Assembly (NCBI GenBank): GCA_900291995.1
Contig: OLMU01000405.1
Coordinates: 1-35,136, forward strand
Source of the DNA: Licmophora abbreviata
Lineage: Eukaryota
Direction of reading: 5' to 3'
Length of the DNA: 35,136 bases
Shown here in pieces: positions 30,559-35,136 of the stretch. The notes beneath the pieces were generated by a model. The model was not told where the DNA came from, made no database searches, and worked only from the letters and a program-made list of their open reading frames with translations. A program made the translations under genes and the position numbers. The first letter of the stretch is position 1, and each line of letters begins with the position of its first letter.

Positions 30559-33376
30559 TCATAGAGACGCCTCATCAGGACCATAGTCCATTCCAGACTC
30601 GCGTTCCACGAGAATGAGGTTTAGGGATGGAGAAACGACGTTTTGGATGCGTGAACCGTCAGACCTCTTCCGAGGCGGGTCAAGAGTTCGTGACCGAGGG
30701 CGCTTCTCGGAATCTTCCGTCTCGCGTTGCAAGCGACGAATACGGGCGCGACGAGCGCGTCGCGAAAGGTTGCTATGAGCGGTGCGGGCACTGTGATTGT
30801 CCGAGCTGTTGTCTTCGTCTGAAACGACAGAGGCCGCCGCACTAGGCCCCTGCACACTACTGCGGGAGATGCGTGCACTCAAGGTTCTCGAACGAGGAGG
30901 CTCGGTGGTTCGAGAGCGACGGCGAACAGGAGAATGTGCTCCAGTTTCACGCTGCAACCGATCAATGCGGGCACGGCGAGCACGGCGCGACATGTTGCTC
31001 TTGCCGGTGCGAGTACTGTTTGTATCAGAGATGTTATCGGATGACTCGTCGGAAATAACGTTGATCTCAGAATGGATACCCATCTTGTAGCGTTCGTCGT
31101 GCCACGGAGTGCGACTCTCGGGCTGTGATGCAACGCTGCGGTCGTCCTCGTCGGAAGTACCATACAATTTGCTTCTAGGGACACTCATAGAGCGACCGCG
31201 ATGCCCACTGCGACGATAGAAGCTGCTTGCTTCGTCAGCACTCGGGTTGTATCCTTCTAGCCGGTGTGCATCGCTCGTATATCCGGTTCGAGATGTTTCC
31301 TCTCCAGACAGCAAAGGCTCCATGTCGTCGTGACACTCAACTGTAATGGGGACCGAAGCAAGACGCAAGACCGAACTCACCCCAGACGAGTCCGCGGTTC
31401 CCTCATCGATGGACCGAATCTTTAGCTTGCGAGAAGTAAAGTGATGTCGAGGATCAGGGGCTGACTGAGTACGCTGCAAGGGATAGGACCCCCGTGGAGG
31501 AGTAGAAGCGCTCTCAAACTCCTCGAGATCAACTTCCGTTTCCTCATTGATCGTGTATTCTATAACCGACGTCCGCGACGACACAGAATCTCCACAAGAG
31601 AATGTCCGTCTGCTCCTCGATTTGCGTCGCCTACGGCGTCTTCCACCTTCGCCATCAGACGAGTCCGAATACGATGAGCTGGACAAGGACGAAGACTCAT
31701 CTCCTTCGTTATCCGGGATGTTCCCATACGATGAAAGTGAAACCAAACTTCTCGTTTCATCGCTGCTGTAGTAGACAGGCTCCGGTTCATCTTCGTTTGG
31801 GCTACCGTTATTCGCCAAGGGCACCCCAGACGCCGCAGCTGCATGAAGAGCATTCCAGTCCTTGGTCAACATCTCACGAGCCCTTCTGTCTTCCGATGCC
31901 AGTGATGAAGGAGCCTCCGAGTCATCCATTCCGGACGAAGCACTCTGCAAATCGTCGACGTCGTCCTGCCACTGCACCCTTGGCGGGCGTCGAGATCGGT
32001 TCGCTTTTCATCGGCGACACAATTGCAGAAGACGGGGGAGCATACGAGCGACTCTGCTGGCTCGCTTCGTCTTCTGATTCGACGACAGCATATTCGTTTC
32101 CACCCTTCGTCTTGGTTTCTCGCTTCATGCGATTCGTCAGAGCACGAATGCCCATCACGATGACGCCTTGCCCATTGGCGGGCGCATTCGAGGCTTGGCG
32201 AGCCGGACTGTCCTCAAGAAGAGCCTTCTTGTCTACCTTGGGGCTAGTCGTTATGTACCCCGATTCCAAATCACTGGTCTCAACCCCATTAGTGGCCAAA
32301 ATGGCCTCGGGAGGGTGGCTCTCGTTCGCTTGTGGAAAGGCAGCCGATCTGGTTTGCACCAGCGATTCCCCCAGAAGAATCGTTTCAACCTCATCTTCAG
32401 ATTCTTCCCCCAAAAGCGACTCCCCTGCTAATGGTTGAGCTGGAGAAGATGGAAGACTGCTTTGCATGGAAAAGTCATCGAGGTCCCCGAAAGACCTGGC
32501 GCTGTGTTCATCGTCTCCTGGACGCCTTCCATTTGGCATAACTTTGAGTACCAACCTTGAGTTGTTGCTATCAGCATAGTAGCTGTTAGATTCCGCAAAT
32601 ACTCCTTCTTCTTCGTCACGGCTCAATGACTCTGTATTTTTCATCTTGAGCTTTTCGTCTCGAGTCTGTTGTCGTCTTCGATGCCACTCTCCAATACCAC
32701 CGAGAATGCCGACAGGAGCAGTTCGAATCTCATTCTCGTCATCTTCATCCGACAAGGCCTGTCTATGACGTTGTGAGCGAGGCGACCCCGAGGCGTTCTC
32801 GTTTCGCACTTTCCAGACATTCAACTCGATCGCCCATCGCGGTGGGTCCATGAATTGCGTAAACAGGGTGAGTGCAATCCAAAAGATAGTGCTTGCAATG
32901 AGCATGTAGCCGCCCGTGGAGACACTGCAGTTTTGTCGAGCGGAATATTCGGAGCAGGGATCTGCTTCAAAGATGAGAAAGATTGGCATCTGAAGCACTG
33001 CCGTCAACGCTGACAAGACGGAAATGAGCTTCCAATTGGAATCGTTCGGCGGAACCAAAAAGCTGACAGCCCATGCGAGAGCACAAATAATGTATCCCAG
33101 ACCAACGGAAATGATCCAGAAGATACGACTGACTTCCCACATGGTATCTCCAGATCGTTCATAGTAGTCGCCTTCACACAGAACGCCAATGGACAGTGAG
33201 TTTAGGTATATCTGGAGAGTGTCCTGTGTGACTTCAATCAGCTGGCCCCGATTGGCAGTAACTTCCAGGAAGGAGCAGGTCGTTCCTGCCACCGTCAACA
33301 GAACAGCTGCGACTGTAGCAAGAGAGGCAGCACCAATCGCGGGTAGTCGGTGCCCGAATACATGAGCGTTTCCCAT
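30559..33376 (-). CDS. Four-transmembrane protein with a long acidic Ser/Arg-rich disordered C-terminal tail; apparent frameshift at ~31978
   Basis: ATG at 33376 (MGNAHVFG; the track start 33469 is TTG). Four hydrophobic helices with Cys-containing loops (TCSF, GVLC, DPC...NCSVSTG). Removing one G from AAGGGTG joins ...STPAK to VQWQDD and the 30559-31977 ORF. Confidence 0.65.
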
Positions 33377-33913
33377 GGTTTTTGCCAGGACCGATTCGGT
33401 TGTGGGTCGTGTTAGACTTTCGTGCACTCTGCCGATTGGAGTCCTGAAAACCTTCTTTTCGGCTTTCAAGCTAAGAACGGGAGACTTGAAACCCTCTACC
33501 TAGCTTGATGCTGCCCAGATGTTGTGTTCGACGACGACAAGAGCGTTTTCTGGTCAGCAAAGACGGCGGTGCGCCATTGCCCAAACTTGTGATGGCGTTT
33601 GCTACCAAAAATGAGATTGAATGCTGTCCTCACAGCTGAATAGTCAACTTTTATACTATATACACACCGGAATGAGATTTCAATGCTCGCTCAACGCATC
33701 GACATGAAATTCCTGTACGTCGTCGGTGGCGAGTCCGTCTCTCTGTGTCATCTGTCATCTCCATCGTCCGTTGCGACATCTCATCGAGCTCAAGTACAAG
33801 TGCGGCGTCACTCATCCTCTCAATTAGACTAAGTCTAAAGGAAGATCTAGCTCATTGGCTGCATCAGGGTCCTCACGAGTATACGTTCAGTCGGCTTATT
33901 GCTCATGGGTCGC

Positions 33914-34873
33914 TTATTTGTCAAAAATAGCACGCTGGGCGAACGCAGGTAGAACAAACGATGCCTTATGAAGTTCTGGCGTGTAATACTTGAGTTCCTT
34001 TTGTACCTCATCACTGGGTCTACGGGCAGGTTCGTTGCATGATCCTCGTCCCTTGGTGGCAATAATGAAGCCAATCTGACCCGACGGATATGTTGGGATC
34101 GTTGTGTATGCATATCCCACATTTTGATAGATTTGCGATATGCTTTGAACCAGTGGCCGAATCAGGTCAACGTGCAACCACATGCACTCGCCTTGTGTAC
34201 AAACAATGCCGCCCTCCCGCAAGCTAGCGTACATGGCCGCATAGAACGGAGTTTCAAATAGCACCGAGGCAGGGCCAATGGGATCGGACGAGTCGGTGAT
34301 GATGACATCGAACGCATCTTTGTTTTCGTCCATAAACTTGGCGCCGTCCATTATGTGCACCGTGACTCGAGGGTCGTCGTAGCCGCTGGCGAGAGCTGGT
34401 AAATACTTTTTAGAAAATTCAATGACATCTCCGTCAATTTCACATAGGACGATGCTTTCCACTGAGGGATGGCGTGCAATCTCTCGCAAGACACCTCCGT
34501 CGCCGCCGCCAATCACGAGGGCCCGTTTCGGATTTGGATGAGCGTAGAGAGGGATATGCGCGATCATTTCTTGGTAGGAAAATTCGTCGCGTTCTGTTAC
34601 TTGAATCACGCCATCTAAGACCAGAACGTTGCCATGATTGGCAGATTCGAATACCAAGACATCCTGGAACTTGGAGCGACCGTGATAGAGCACCTTGTTT
34701 ACTTTCAGCGACATGGCTTGTCCAGGCCACAGTTCGCCTCGTTCATGGAACCAACCGTCGATAATCAGATCCTTACCACTGTGAGGAAGAGGGAAATAAT
34801 GAGAAATGGAAACCTGGTGCCTGGCGCATGACATGCGAACGTTCTACTTGAGCATCACTCACTTGAGACCCAT
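33914..34873 (-). CDS. SPDS: Spermidine synthase; exons 34873-34863, 34778-33914
   Basis: DGWFHE..LWPGQAMSL, GNVLVLDGVIQVTERDEFSYQEM, LVIGGGDGGVLRE, DVIITDSSDPIGPA, TIPTYPSGQIGF, HKASFVLP. Intron 34779-34862 (GTGAGT...CAG) gives MGLN|GKDLI. Exon 1 may extend in frame to ATG 35053. Confidence 0.95.
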
Positions 34874-35136
34874 GACGGTATTACTAGAGGGCGGTGGACC
34901 GCTTGTTGCTTCAGATCCAGATGCTCCGCAACGTAGCAATGATTGGCGAGAAAGGCAAGCCGAACGACTCAACCCTTGACTTCCTGTTCTACACGGATGG
35001 GCAGACGACAAGAGAACACACAAGGCCGGAGCAGCGGCAGAGACCATTTGCATTGATGATGCGGCTGCTGATGTCTTTTGGGGCCGGCTTGAGATGCCAT
35101 GAGCACTGCCACCATGTTTAGTCGAATGAGTCGAAT

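Noticed and set aside
31602..32438. 278-aa plus-strand ORF
   Set aside because: Antisense shadow of the Ser/Asp/Glu-rich minus-strand gene; no motifs.
1..35136. CRISPR arrays, transposons, rRNA/tRNA genes, prokaryotic operons
   Set aside because: No spaced direct repeats, terminal repeats, transposase/RT motifs or recognisable RNA genes were seen; spliceosomal introns show the DNA is eukaryotic.

Overview
Gene-dense eukaryotic nuclear DNA, about 17 protein-coding genes in 35 kb. Introns are short (70-110 nt, GT-AG), many gene pairs are head-to-head, and one gene has an ASAF-like bipartite plastid presequence, so this is most likely a diatom (inference). Gene order: partial PDZ-like protein; DUF711/UPF0210 protein; cysteine-poor mitochondrial ferredoxin (complex I bridge C1-FDX-like); LicD nucleotidyltransferase fused to a StrG-like 2OG-Fe(II) dioxygenase; DGAT2; OB-fold protein with a prion-like tail; divergent Rab7-like GTPase; secreted 2H phosphoesterase; membrane-anchored NPP-type phosphodiesterase; carotenoid cleavage dioxygenase; sulfotransferase; SQD2-like GT4; hypothetical protein; giant 11-exon TPR protein; PAC4/PSMG4; 4-TM protein with a disordered tail; spermidine synthase. 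Five single-base frameshifts lie in short base runs and are probably assembly errors. I found no RNA genes, transposons or CRISPR arrays. The most interesting items are an apparent NLR/STAND-like TPR protein that keeps winged-helix and helical domains but has no P-loop, the LicD-dioxygenase fusion, and a five-enzyme block (2H, NPP, CCD, sulfotransferase, SQD2). All family calls come from motif recognition by eye, not database searches.
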